Virus record (IMG/VR): IMGVR_UViG_3300023174_000063
Source: a virus
Direction: 5' to 3' (one strand)
Length of the DNA: 64,000 bases
The notes below the pieces were generated by a model. That model worked only from the letters and a program-made list of their open reading frames with translations, searched no databases and had not been told where the DNA came from. Numbering within the stretch: position 1 is the first letter of the stretch; the number at the start of each line of letters is the position of its first letter. Positions 10,282 through 21,400 of the stretch are shown here, piece after piece. The translations under genes were made by a program, and so were the position numbers.

Positions 10282-11468
10282 AAAATATGAACAAGAAGAG
10301 AGTTTTAATTAGAGCCCCCTTGCTAACGATTTCTGGCTATGGCGTCCATTCACGACAAATATTTGAATGGGCAATTGGAAGAGAAGATTTTGATGTTTTT
10401 GTCCAGCCACTCCAGTGGGGAGCAACACCATGGCTGTTAAACCCTGATGATAAGTCAGGTTTAGTCGGCGAGGCAATGAAGAGAGTTGTCGACGTTAAGA
10501 ATGTACAGCCCTTTGACATCACATTTCAGATACAACTCCCAAATGAATGGGATCCTAGTTTGGGAAAATTTAATTTTGGAGTTACGGCTGCCGTAGAGAC
10601 AGATATTTGTAGCAAAGAGTGGATTCAAGCGTGTAATAAGATGGATGCAATTATTGTGCCATCAAATCATGCAAAGTCTGTTTTGACAAACTCAGGTGAA
10701 AATCTGGTCAAGCCTATTTTTGTTGTGCCAGAATCATATCACACTTCTATTGATAACAATAACAGCTCCCTTGATAACCTCAATCTAGACTTTAAGACAG
10801 ATTTTAATTTTCTAGTTTTTGGACAGATTACTGGCAATAATCCCGAAAATGATCGCAAGAATCTTTTCTATGCTATCAAGTGGATTTGTGAAGAGTTTAA
10901 AGATAGAAATGATGTTGGTCTTGTCGTAAAGACTAATTCCGGAAGATCGACTAAAATTGACAAAGCTATGACAACAAGATTGTTTCAAAATCTCTTGACA
11001 CAGGTAAGGGGTAAAAATCTTAATCCAAAAGTCTACCTAATGCACGGCAATATGACTGAAGACGAAGTTTCTCTGCTTTATAAGCACCCAAAGATTAAGG
11101 CTCTTGTTTCTCTAACACGTGGTGAGGGATTTGGGTTACCACTGCTTGAAGCTGCTGCATCGAGTTTGCCAGTTATTGCAACAGGCTGGTCTGGGCATAC
11201 TGACTTCTTGAATAAGGGCAAGTATATTTCAATTGACGCAAAAATTAAGCCTATTCACAAGAGCAGAGTTGACAACAAGATTTTCGTTCAGGATGCAAAG
11301 TGGGCCGAAGTTGACGAAGCAGAAGTCAAATCTAAGCTAAGAAAATTTTATGAGAAGCCATCAATGCCACAACAGTGGGCAAAAGATCTTTCAGAAGTCA
11401 TAAAGACTGATTACAGTATTACATCGATTAAGAAGCACTTAGACAATGTAATGAGTCAAACTAAATGA
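10278..11468 (+). CDS. GT4 family glycosyltransferase
   Basis: SGYGVHSR, DRKN and RGEGFGLPLLEAAASSLPVIATGWSGHTDF. ATGA overlap with the upstream gene. Confidence 0.9.
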   Translation: MKNMNKKRVLIRAPLLTISGYGVHSRQIFEWAIGREDFDVFVQPLQWGATPWLLNPDDKSGLVGEAMKRVVDVKNVQPFDITFQIQLPNEWDPSLGKFNFGVTAAVETDICSKEWIQACNKMDAIIVPSNHAKSVLTNSGENLVKPIFVVPESYHTSIDNNNSSLDNLNLDFKTDFNFLVFGQITGNNPENDRKNLFYAIKWICEEFKDRNDVGLVVKTNSGRSTKIDKAMTTRLFQNLLTQVRGKNLNPKVYLMHGNMTEDEVSLLYKHPKIKALVSLTRGEGFGLPLLEAAASSLPVIATGWSGHTDFLNKGKYISIDAKIKPIHKSRVDNKIFVQDAKWAEVDEAEVKSKLRKFYEKPSMPQQWAKDLSEVIKTDYSITSIKKHLDNVMSQTK

Positions 11469-11752
11469 TTGTTTATATTGTTTTTTTCTTGTTAGTAGTG
11501 GCATTGATATGGTCACTTTATATGAATTTTAAGCTTGGGAGAATAGTTCTCAAAGTCGAAGATGAAATCGAGAATTCTCTAGAGACGCTAGATGAAAGAT
11601 TTGCATCTATTAGTAAAATTCTACAAATACCCTTGTACTACGATAGCCCCGAGATTAGACAAATACTTGTTGATATTGAAAAAACACGCGGCGCAATACT
11701 TAAGATAGCTGCATCTTTGGGTGCAGCAATTGACGAAGATTCAATTGAGTGA
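11465..11752 (+). CDS. Small membrane-anchored coiled-coil protein
   Basis: N-terminal hydrophobic helix MIVYIVFFLLVVALIWSLY; ATGA coupling to the upstream gene. Confidence 0.7.
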   Translation: MIVYIVFFLLVVALIWSLYMNFKLGRIVLKVEDEIENSLETLDERFASISKILQIPLYYDSPEIRQILVDIEKTRGAILKIAASLGAAIDEDSIE

Positions 11753-11759
11753 GGCACTT

Positions 11760-12494
11760 ATGCTCGTAAATGATGATAAAAAGAAGATAAAAAGAAAGAA
11801 GTCCTCAACTCGTCAATATTTTCCTGAGGAAACGCAAGAACAAATAATTCTTTACCAGAACGAAGAAGATCTCAATAGACGAAGAGAAATTTATGTCGTA
11901 GGCATACAACCTTCATTTGACAAACTTGTTGAAAATTTAATTTTTGTTTACGGCTTCAAGACCCCATACGACTCATTTCAGACTCTAAAGACTGACTGCA
12001 TTTCTTTTCTCTATGAATCGATCAATAAATGGTCTCCTGATAAAGGGACAAAAGCTTTTTCTTATTTCAATGTTGTTGCAAAAAATTGGCTGATTATTAG
12101 ATCAAGACAGGCGACAAAAAGAACAAAGCGACACATCAGTATCGATTATCCTGCTGATATGACTCCTGCACAAATATTTGCGCTCGAAAATAGTGACGTT
12201 ATTCAGTCGCCTGACGATGTGATGATCGCACAAGATAGAGGCAAAGTCATTAATGACATGCTCAAAGAGATGCACCATTTTGTCTCAAATGATACAGAGA
12301 AGGCATGCCTTGACGCAATTCAATCTGTTTTTGACAATATCGATAATCTAGATTTTCTCAATAAGCGAGCGATCTTAGTCTACATTAGAGACATCTCAGG
12401 TCTTTCACCAAAGCAACTTTCTGTTTCAATGTCATCAATTAGAAAATACTACAAAAAAATGACAGGCAAAGACAGCAAGTTTGATCTATTTTGA
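11760..12494 (+). CDS. Phage RNA polymerase sigma-like factor (probable late sigma, gp55 analogue)
   Basis: Sigma region-2-like DCISFLYESINKWSPDKGTKAFSYFNVVAKNWLI and a C-terminal HTH-like segment (IRDISGLSPKQLSVSMSSIRK). ATG 11760 follows GAGG. Confidence 0.7.
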   Translation: MLVNDDKKKIKRKKSSTRQYFPEETQEQIILYQNEEDLNRRREIYVVGIQPSFDKLVENLIFVYGFKTPYDSFQTLKTDCISFLYESINKWSPDKGTKAFSYFNVVAKNWLIIRSRQATKRTKRHISIDYPADMTPAQIFALENSDVIQSPDDVMIAQDRGKVINDMLKEMHHFVSNDTEKACLDAIQSVFDNIDNLDFLNKRAILVYIRDISGLSPKQLSVSMSSIRKYYKKMTGKDSKFDLF

Positions 12495-12502
12495 GAGGAA
12501 AT

Positions 12503-12931
12503 ATGACAAAAACTAAAAAAGTTGATGCAGGTGAAACTCAAAAGCTTTCTAGCAAAGAGCAGGAATTACGCAAGAAAATCGAAAAATTCTCAGAAGTTTT
12601 AGAATCAATAAAGACAGCAGACACAAAGATTAAAACTCTATGGCTTGAAATCTATGAAAATGCTGTTCACGATAGAGAAAATGCTAGCATGATGTTTACA
12701 GATGCTTGGCAGAGAATGCAAAGCCCAGGGACTGCTGATCATATTGCTATTGGTACTACTATGTCTAAGTATCTTGAGAGAATGTGTAAATCAAATGAGC
12801 AAATCTTGAGATTGGCGGAATTAGTTGCAAAAAACGAAGAAGAAAGTATGCAGCTTAACTCTGATGATCTTTTTGCTCAAATCGGTGATTTAACCGAAAG
12901 GAAGAACAAAAATGGCAAGATCACCACTTAG
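12503..12931 (+). CDS. Helical hypothetical protein (possible terminase small subunit)
   Basis: ~142 aa and all-alpha, ATG after GAGG. The TerS idea rests only on size and helical character. Confidence 0.4.
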   Translation: MTKTKKVDAGETQKLSSKEQELRKKIEKFSEVLESIKTADTKIKTLWLEIYENAVHDRENASMMFTDAWQRMQSPGTADHIAIGTTMSKYLERMCKSNEQILRLAELVAKNEEESMQLNSDDLFAQIGDLTERKNKNGKITT

Positions 12932-14519
12932 GGACTTCAATACAAGTGCAGATGCTGGTTCTCAACCAACCTTACAACAAGTACAGCAGGCTGTTAGAAA
13001 TTCGCCCATTGTTTCAATTCTCAAGAGGGGAGTTGTCGTCGAAGCCATTAATGATGTTGCACTCCTCACACAAGATGAAATAAAAAGACTCTCAGGCAAG
13101 CTTGAAACACTTGATAGAATTAAAATGCCTGGAACAGCAGAAAAAGCTGCATCAAAAGCAAACAGTGCGCCAAGCGGAGCAAATAATTTAAAGCCGCAAG
13201 GAAGTGTTTCTTTTAAAGAAAAAATTGAATCAATGCCTCGTAATTCAATTATCGCTAGAATTGTTTCTCTAGGCGAGGATAATAATTCGACGTCTGATAT
13301 GGTTTGCTACCCGCTTTTTCCTCCCCATCTTTGTTTTCCTGTCAAAGCTGGAGAACAAGTCTGGATTATGCAAGAGTCGTTGGACGCATCTAGCCCAATC
13401 GGCTATTGGGTTTCTAGAATTACTGAACCAGACCACGTAGATGATCTTAACTTTACGCATGCAGACAGAAAATTCATTAATAATGTCGATCCTAGCGCTA
13501 GTGATAAAATAACAAATAAAAATCCACAACCACCTGGATTCAATAACGGTGATCCTGATGGCGCAGGAGGCGTGACTCTTGTAGTCAAGAATGAAAATGA
13601 GAAGCCCTACGAGGACATCTTTAACAACTCAACCGCTAATAAATCTTTTTCTATGGAAGCAGTTCCTAGATTTACAAAGAGGCCTGGTGATCTCGTGCTG
13701 CAGGGATCAAATAACACCTTGGTCTGCCTTGGTCAAGATAGAGGCTGGACGAAAAATGAAAGACCCGGCAACAAAAGCAATGCTTCATCGCCCGAACCCA
13801 AGGAAGATTCAGGCACAATTGACATTGTGACTGGAAGAGGCCGTCGCAAAGCAGGATTTGATTCAATTCTAGATACGTGTGCTCGTGTCATCAAAAATGT
13901 TAAAAATAAATTCGAAACAAATAAGAATCCACAAAATGATTCTTCAAGAGCTTCACAAAATAGATTTGATAATCCCGCAGAAGGTGATCCTGATTTTCTT
14001 TATGATGCCAGTCGAGTCTATGTTTCTACAAAGACAGATGGAGACAAGAATTTTAGCATTTTAGATAGCATTCATAATTTCATGAAGACAAAATATGATG
14101 TCAAAGAAATTGATGAATCTCCATACATTGTTTTAAAATCAAATGAAATTCGAATAATTGCGCGACATTCTCCTGGCGACTCTTCACGAGCAGCCGAAGA
14201 AGGCTCTATTAAGATTGTCAAGGAAGGGCCTGAGGGTAAAATTTGTTCGCTAGTCATGACTCATGATGGAAAAATTCTTATTGATGCCGACAAGATTGTC
14301 ATAGGAAATGGCAAAGCCGATCAGATACATTTAGGCAGTGATGCGTCTGAGTCAGCAGTTCTTGGAGACAAGCTTGTTACAATTTTAACTAATTTTTGTA
14401 ACACTGCTATGATGTCTAGAGATTCTTTTGCCGGCACAATTGTAGGATTACCAACTGCATGCACAACATTGAAGTCTGACTTAGCATCAATTAAAAGTAA
14501 AGTCACTAAAGTTCAATAA
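12912..14519 (+). CDS. Baseplate hub/central spike-like protein (gp5/gpV-like)
   Basis: YPLFP..FPVKAGEQVWI (OB-fold-like), PGDLVLQGSNNTLVCLG and a C-terminal beta-repeat KILIDADKIVIG...IHLG...AVLGDKL. Directly precedes gp25 and gp6. Confidence 0.55.
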   Translation: MARSPLRDFNTSADAGSQPTLQQVQQAVRNSPIVSILKRGVVVEAINDVALLTQDEIKRLSGKLETLDRIKMPGTAEKAASKANSAPSGANNLKPQGSVSFKEKIESMPRNSIIARIVSLGEDNNSTSDMVCYPLFPPHLCFPVKAGEQVWIMQESLDASSPIGYWVSRITEPDHVDDLNFTHADRKFINNVDPSASDKITNKNPQPPGFNNGDPDGAGGVTLVVKNENEKPYEDIFNNSTANKSFSMEAVPRFTKRPGDLVLQGSNNTLVCLGQDRGWTKNERPGNKSNASSPEPKEDSGTIDIVTGRGRRKAGFDSILDTCARVIKNVKNKFETNKNPQNDSSRASQNRFDNPAEGDPDFLYDASRVYVSTKTDGDKNFSILDSIHNFMKTKYDVKEIDESPYIVLKSNEIRIIARHSPGDSSRAAEEGSIKIVKEGPEGKICSLVMTHDGKILIDADKIVIGNGKADQIHLGSDASESAVLGDKLVTILTNFCNTAMMSRDSFAGTIVGLPTACTTLKSDLASIKSKVTKVQ

Positions 14520-14554
14520 CACCTGTAATTTGTTATGACAAATCCATATTTGTA

Positions 14555-14561
14555 ATATTTA
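14555..14561 (+). promoter_or_regulatory. Candidate late promoter ATAnTTA
   Basis: ATATTTA ~30 nt upstream of gp25; the motif recurs before other structural genes. Confidence 0.45.
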
Positions 14562-14591
14562 GATACGTTCTGCAAAAACTGGGAGGCTTGA

Positions 14592-15077
14592 TTGAATAAC
14601 AATGCAAAAAAATATAGCTTCCAATCAGTTGGAGAACTTGAAGAAGAATTCAATTCTAGAAACTCTTCAGCGCCAACTCAAACAATTCCAGTAGGCATTA
14701 GTGTACCATTAACACTTAGCGATGGATCGACAGATCTTTTAAAAATGCACATGTCATATGTTGATGCTGTTGCTGACAATTTTAGAAATATGATCATGAC
14801 AAACCACGGTGAACGCCTAGCTCACACTGACTTTGGTGCAAATCTTAGAGAATTAGCTTTTGAGCTGGGCACCGAAGATGGAGACACCAAGGCAATTAGA
14901 AGAATTTCTGCGACAACAAAAAAATATATGCCTTATGTATCTCTAGATTCTTTTGAGCCTATTGTTTTAAATGCTGAAAATTCTTTGGCACGTGTAGGCG
15001 TTAGAATTACATACACAGTTCCTAAGTTAAGTAATAAGCCGCGAATTATTGAAGTGATAATCCACTCAGCAGGTTAA
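14592..15077 (+). CDS. Baseplate wedge subunit, gp25/GPW family
   Basis: DNFRNMIMTNHGERLAHTDFGANLRELAFE matches the gp25 signature (LxTxxGERxxxPxFG). Confidence 0.9.
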   Translation: MNNNAKKYSFQSVGELEEEFNSRNSSAPTQTIPVGISVPLTLSDGSTDLLKMHMSYVDAVADNFRNMIMTNHGERLAHTDFGANLRELAFELGTEDGDTKAIRRISATTKKYMPYVSLDSFEPIVLNAENSLARVGVRITYTVPKLSNKPRIIEVIIHSAG

Positions 15078-15079
15078 AA

Positions 15080-16927
15080 ATGTCATTAGAAATTAAGAAA
15101 AAAATTAAAAAGGAGAGAATTCGCAACTATCTCGCAAGAGATTTTGGTAGCTTTAGAGAAGAACTCTTGCAATACGCAAGAACTTATTTTCCAAACAAAA
15201 TACAAGATTTTTCTGAAGCTTCATTTGGCGGATTGCTTTTAGACATGGCTGCAATGGTTGGTGATACCATGTCTTACTATCTTGATCACCAGTTTAACGA
15301 GCTTAACCCGCAAACAGCCGTCGAAAACAATAACATTCTTCGACATTTGAGAAATGCGGGTGTCAAAATAACAGGAGCATCACCTGCGTCTGTCGTTGTT
15401 GACTTTTATGTTGAAGTTCCCGCAGAAAAGAATATTAGCGGTGACTTTATTGTTAAAAGATCTGCCTTGCCTGTAATAATGCCCGGCACACTACTTGAAA
15501 GTGCGAATGGAACAAAATTTAATCTAGTCGAAACAGTAGACTACTCAGAACTTAAGTCGAACGGTGAGTATAAGGCAAATATTATTTTAAGTGAAGTAAC
15601 TGAAACAGGTGATCCCGCAACATTTATCATGATTTTGCCAGGACTTTGCGTCTCAGGTGAAGAAACTATTGAAACATTTACATTCGGCGTCGATCATGTT
15701 CCTTTTCGAAAAGTCACGATGTCAACAAGCAACATCACAGACATTATTGATGTAACAGACTCTAACAATAACAAATACTATCAAGTTGAGTCCTTATCCC
15801 AAGACACAGTTTTTAAGGGAGTTTTAAATTATAGCAGCGATGGAAGTCTTGTTCCATATAATCTTGAAATCATTCCTTGTCCTTATAGATTTGTTGCAAA
15901 TTTTGATCCTCTCACAAGATTGACAACACTACATTTTGGTGCAGGTGATGCAGAATCACTTGATAATGATATTATTCCTGACCCAAGTAAGTTAGCGCTG
16001 GATCTTTATGGAAAGACTAGTTTTTCGAGATTTTCAATAGATCCTAATTCTCTACTTGAGACACAAACTCTAGGAATTTCACCGAGAAATTCGACGCTAA
16101 GAGTCTCAATAAGATCAGGAGGAGGTCTTTCGCACAATGTTCCCGCAGAATCAATTAGATTTGTCAAAACGCTAAAGATGGACTTTAGAAATTCACCGTC
16201 TGCAAATGATGCTATGTTTGTTAGATCTTCGATTGACGTCAAGAATCTTTTTCCTGCTCGGGGAGGTGATATCGCACCTACAGTAGACGAGCTTAGAAGA
16301 AGAGTTACAGCGTCAAGACAGATGCAATCAAGAGTTGTTTCAAAGCAAGACATGCTGGCAAGAATTTATACTCTGCCATCAAAATTTGGAAGAGTTTTTC
16401 GGGCAGGAATTCGTGACAATCCAACTAATCCTCTATCATCTCAAATTCATATAATTTCAAGAGACGAATCTGGAAATCTAGCGGTATCACCTGATTCTCT
16501 TAAGCTGAATCTTAGTGAATATCTCAATGAATATCGATTAATTTCTGACGCTTTTGACATACTAGATGCACAAGTCATTAACTTTACTGTTAAGTTTGGT
16601 GTCATTACGCAACCCAGTGCCAATAAAGTTCTAGTTGTTGATACAGTTATTAAGCGTCTTTCAAACATTTTGACCATCGAAAACTTTCAAATTGATCAAC
16701 CAATAATGCTGGACGACATTGTTAATATTATTATTAACACACAAGATGTGATTTCACTAGTAAGTCTAGACGTCAATGCAATTTCAGGCCAGCAGCAAGG
16801 AAGAGTTTATTCCAGTAATTCGTTTAATTTTAAAAATGCGACAAAAAATAGAGCAGTTATCGGGCCGATAGGATCAATTTTTGAACTTAAGTTTCCACAA
16901 TTTGATATTATTGGAAGCGCAACATAA
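15080..16927 (+). CDS. Baseplate wedge protein, gp6/gpJ-like
   Basis: YLARDFGSFREELLQYA...DFSEASFGGLLLDMAAMVGD.MSYYLD, LHFGAG, ARGG and QSRVVSKQD; follows gp25. Confidence 0.88.
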   Translation: MSLEIKKKIKKERIRNYLARDFGSFREELLQYARTYFPNKIQDFSEASFGGLLLDMAAMVGDTMSYYLDHQFNELNPQTAVENNNILRHLRNAGVKITGASPASVVVDFYVEVPAEKNISGDFIVKRSALPVIMPGTLLESANGTKFNLVETVDYSELKSNGEYKANIILSEVTETGDPATFIMILPGLCVSGEETIETFTFGVDHVPFRKVTMSTSNITDIIDVTDSNNNKYYQVESLSQDTVFKGVLNYSSDGSLVPYNLEIIPCPYRFVANFDPLTRLTTLHFGAGDAESLDNDIIPDPSKLALDLYGKTSFSRFSIDPNSLLETQTLGISPRNSTLRVSIRSGGGLSHNVPAESIRFVKTLKMDFRNSPSANDAMFVRSSIDVKNLFPARGGDIAPTVDELRRRVTASRQMQSRVVSKQDMLARIYTLPSKFGRVFRAGIRDNPTNPLSSQIHIISRDESGNLAVSPDSLKLNLSEYLNEYRLISDAFDILDAQVINFTVKFGVITQPSANKVLVVDTVIKRLSNILTIENFQIDQPIMLDDIVNIIINTQDVISLVSLDVNAISGQQQGRVYSSNSFNFKNATKNRAVIGPIGSIFELKFPQFDIIGSAT

Positions 16928-16942
16928 TTTTCGAGGATTAAA

Positions 16943-18490
16943 ATGTACTTACTTTTGACAGCAAGCAAAGATGCTTATATCACCGACAAGATTATTAAAT
17001 CGTCTTATCGCGTGACTGATGCAAATACAGGCAGAGCTGGAACAATCGATTTATTCAAATTGTACAATGAGACACTACTAGAAGGAGAAGCTGATCAAGT
17101 AGAGCTTTCAAGAGCTTTGATTAAGTTTGATCTAGATCCACTCAAGAGTCTCACGGGTTCAATTTTAAACATTGATAACTTTAAGTGCTTTTTATCTCTT
17201 TCGTCTGCCAATACAGGGCTTCATACACCAAATAATTTTCAACTTGATGTTTTCCCGCTTTCACAGAGCTGGGATGAAGGCATCGGTAGAGATACAAGTT
17301 CTTTTAGTGACATTGACGTTGTTAATTTTATTACAGCATCCTATCGAGACGGCGCTGTTTATGCCTGGAATGAACCAGGCGCCAATAAAAGAGGCCTACT
17401 GGGTTCAGACGATATTGACATCATTTCGAGTGGAACGTTAGATGAAGAAATAGAAGATCTATTTGTCAGTCAAGACTTTGTTAGTGGCAATGAAGATCTA
17501 TACGTCGATGTCACAAAAATAGTTTCTGCGACATTAAGTGGAATTTTACCTGATTGTGGATTTAGAATTTCTTTTAGCGAAGCTGAAGAAACTGATCAAA
17601 AGACAAGATTTGTCAAGCGATTTTATTCCAGGCATACAAACAGCGCCTTCAAGCAGCCATTCTTAAGAGTTCTTTTTGATGACTCAATTAAAGATGATCA
17701 TAACACATTTTATTTTAATACTACCGGTTCACTGTTTTTAACGAATACAATTCTTGGCAAAAGCCAGCAAATACTTTCTGGTAGCGACTTAAGCGTTTTA
17801 GAAGGCGACGACTGCTTGCTTTTAAAGCTTACAACAGGATCTCATTATGAGCTTGTTGTTTCTGCATCAAACTTTACAATGTCTGCAACAGGTGAGCCGA
17901 TTCAAGGACTTTACCGCGCTAGTTTTTGTATCCCATATGCAGACACAAGTCTAGTAATTAGTGGATCTCAAAACGCTACAATTTATGATATTGCTTCTTC
18001 GAGTGGGTCAATTGAATTTAAGACTGAATGGTGCTCGATTGACCAGACTGTTACTTTTGCTACTGGGTCAGTTAAAATTAAAAAACCCAATACGAATAGC
18101 TACAATTCGATTAGTCAAAATCCGAGCATAAAGATTGTGAATCTAAAGCCAAAGTTTAGTACGTCAGAGTCTGTTAGATTTAGGCTTTTTGGTAGAAATT
18201 TAGACAATAAGATTCATCCCCCCGTAAAAATTCCAATTTACGCAAAAAGTGAGTTTTTCGAGGATGTTTTCTATCGAGTTAGAAGCAAATTGACAGGTGA
18301 AATTTTAATACCCTTTGATGCGGAATTTAACAGCACAAGAATTTCACGAGACAGTGAGGGTTTATTTTTTGACTTTAAAATGTCCAACCTGTTTCCAGGC
18401 AGAGATTATTATTTTGAATTTTTAATTAAAGTTGATGGAAGAGAGCACATTGATTCACAAGACAGTCTTAGCTTTAGGGTTGATAAATAA
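16943..18490 (+). CDS. Virion structural protein (DNRLRE-like N-terminal domain)
   Basis: ASKDAYI..., SRALIKFDL, PLSQSWDEG, VDVTKIV and FYSR...PFLRV; baseplate context. Confidence 0.55.
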   Translation: MYLLLTASKDAYITDKIIKSSYRVTDANTGRAGTIDLFKLYNETLLEGEADQVELSRALIKFDLDPLKSLTGSILNIDNFKCFLSLSSANTGLHTPNNFQLDVFPLSQSWDEGIGRDTSSFSDIDVVNFITASYRDGAVYAWNEPGANKRGLLGSDDIDIISSGTLDEEIEDLFVSQDFVSGNEDLYVDVTKIVSATLSGILPDCGFRISFSEAEETDQKTRFVKRFYSRHTNSAFKQPFLRVLFDDSIKDDHNTFYFNTTGSLFLTNTILGKSQQILSGSDLSVLEGDDCLLLKLTTGSHYELVVSASNFTMSATGEPIQGLYRASFCIPYADTSLVISGSQNATIYDIASSSGSIEFKTEWCSIDQTVTFATGSVKIKKPNTNSYNSISQNPSIKIVNLKPKFSTSESVRFRLFGRNLDNKIHPPVKIPIYAKSEFFEDVFYRVRSKLTGEILIPFDAEFNSTRISRDSEGLFFDFKMSNLFPGRDYYFEFLIKVDGREHIDSQDSLSFRVDK

Positions 18491-21400
18491 TGTCTAGGCC
18501 AACTTCAATTTTCTCGAAGAGGACGAGACTATTTAGCCCCGCAGTTACAAGACATTTAAGGGAGCGAGATTCTGCTGTTGTCGGAGTTACTTCTGCAAAT
18601 TTGAGCGGATCATTCCTTGATCTCAGTTCTTCTTTTCGATATGACCCAATTGGTGCACCCCTCAGATCCACACAGCAGATACCTGTAGATTGGTCTGATT
18701 TTTCAAGACATACTTTCTTTAATTCTGCAGAAAGCAAAGTCAATATTGCTTTTGACAAAATGATTAATGGTTATCCTTTTGACGGTACTAAAGAAGAACA
18801 CATACAGTTTGTTGATGGCTTGACTGGATTTGAGAAATATGTTCTAGATCTTTTTCCTAAAAATGTAGGTTTTATAAACCTAGGCGGGGTTAGAGAAGAC
18901 GGAAGTCTTAGATCGACTTATTTGGAAGTCAAAGATATCGCTGGAAGTCATGAACCAGATATTTCTAGGAATAAGACAGGCAATTCTGTCTTAGATTCAA
19001 AAAACAATTCAATTACATTTGAATTTTTTGTCAATCCTGCTCCGGCAGCTGAGTACGAAGTTAGTGATCAAGTAATTACTACGCCCTGCGACAATAGAGC
19101 CTTAATTCAGCGTCTTTCAAGCGATAAAAGAAACGGCATCGGCATTTATCTTCTTAGCGGAACAAATGACTCGTCAAATGAAACGCTTCAAATGATTGTT
19201 TCTTCTGGAACAATTCACATTAGCGCATCCTTTAGCTTAGAAAAAGATAAATGGACACATGTTAGCTGTCAATTTAATAAAACGCCTGGCATTAATAAGC
19301 TGCATCTCTACAGAGACGGTGAACTAGTTGCAACATCTTCGACAGCAGAGATAGGCTATTTTGACTTCCAGGACCAAAATATTCTGATAGGCGCCGGGGA
19401 AACACATCTATTTTCAGGCAGCTTTGGACAGCCTTCAAATTTGTCATTAGACATCAATCAAATCTTTTCAGGTTCGATAGATGAATTGAGAATTTTTCAT
19501 GTGGCACGTAGTTCATCTACTATAAAAGATGAAATGTTTAAAAATATTTTTTCTAGGAATTCTTTGAAACTTTATTACAAATTCAATGAACCACATGGCG
19601 AGTACTCAGGCGCAAATTTAGTTTTAGATAGTTCAGGAAATTCAATTCACTCATCAATTATCAATTATGATGAAAATGTTCGCAATAAGTTTAATATTTC
19701 TTTGCCCCTTCTTAATGAAGAGCTAATTTACAATCCTATTCTTTTCCCCAGAAATGAAAATCTAATTAATCTTAACGTTGGACTTCTTGAAACCGCATCA
19801 GTTTATGACACTAACAATCCAAATTTAATAACAAAATTAATACCGCAACACTACCTCGAAGAAGCGTCAATCTTTGAAGGACTTAATGCAGAAACAAGAT
19901 TGGGCAATGCCGGCGACCCTTATGGTTACAACAAAAATATGCCAGGCGGCGGCAAATTTGGCTCGCCACAGATTGTTGCAACACTTTTGCTAATGTGGGC
20001 AAAATATTTTGATGAAATAAAAATGTATCTAGACCAATTTGGCAAGCTTTTAAATGTTGATGTAATTGAAGAAGGCAGCATTGCTGATAATTTTCTTCCA
20101 TTTGTTGCCGAATATTATGGCTTGACTCTTCCGAGAATAGTTGATAATGCTAGTATTGGTCAACTTATTGAAAATGAAAGCCTTACGTCAGATGTCAGAA
20201 ATTCAAAAAAGCCGATTAAGAAAATACAGTACATCATCTGGAGAAGAATCTTATCTGACATTAGAGAGCTTGTCAATTCAAAGGGAACGATGCACAGCAT
20301 TAAGTCTTTGATGAGAAATATTGGCATAAACCCTGACAATAATTTTAGATTTAAGGAATTTGGAGGCGCTAAGACAAGGCGTATTAGCGATTCTCGGCAG
20401 GTTAAAAGTGCTGTTTATGGAATGATTGACATGTCAAGCACTTATCTGTCGACAGGGGCAATGAATGCTCAGGGCGTCTTGGAGGACAGTCCATTTCTTA
20501 CATCTAGCTTTCTTTCAACATTTAGAAACGAAGAGAATGAACCCGGCTTTCCAAACATTGACGTTCTTGCAGATGATTTGCAAAATGGGCTTTTTACATC
20601 AGGCTCATGGTCATTTGAAGCAATTTATAAATTCCCAGAACCTCTTAAGAATGAACCGCTGCACAATATAACGCAAAGTCTTGTTAGGCTATGTGCTACA
20701 GGCTCGCAACCAGCGCACCTGATATTTGCTAATCTTATTGCATTTTCAGGGTCGAATGATCTTGGTTTGACTGGTTCTTTATCACTATTTTTACGACCAC
20801 AGCCCAATCTGTCTCCCCTGACAATTCCAATGACTGGCGTCGATATCTTTGATGGCAATAAATGGCATATTACTTTCGGTAGACAGAGAAATGATGAAAT
20901 TAATAACACTCTAGCATCTTCTTACTTTTTAAGGGCTGCAAGAACATCAGGCGGAAAAATCGTCGAATACTTTAGCACTTCTTCACTCTTTAATGACCAT
21001 GATCCATCACAAATCAATGTTTTTGAAAAAATTGATGCTGATTATAATAGTAGCGGTCTTTTTGTAGCAATAGGCCAACAAAGACTTGAAAGCTCAGATG
21101 ACTCGAGCTATGGGACGACAGCAGGGCTTGGATCGATTAATGATTCTGATGTAGGCAATGAACTAAATTGCAGCACAATTTTTGGGGGAAGAATCGCCAG
21201 AATTAGATTCTGGTCAAAAAGTCTTTCAGAACTCGAAACTCGCGAACATGCAATGAACGTGGGATCACTTGGCGTAAAAGATCCTAAGATTAACTTCAAT
21301 TTTAATGTAAATGATCCAGGAACATTTGAGAGACTTAGAATTGACACAAATGTTGATCAAGCGGTTACAGAGTCGAATACGCTCGGAAACATACAGATTT

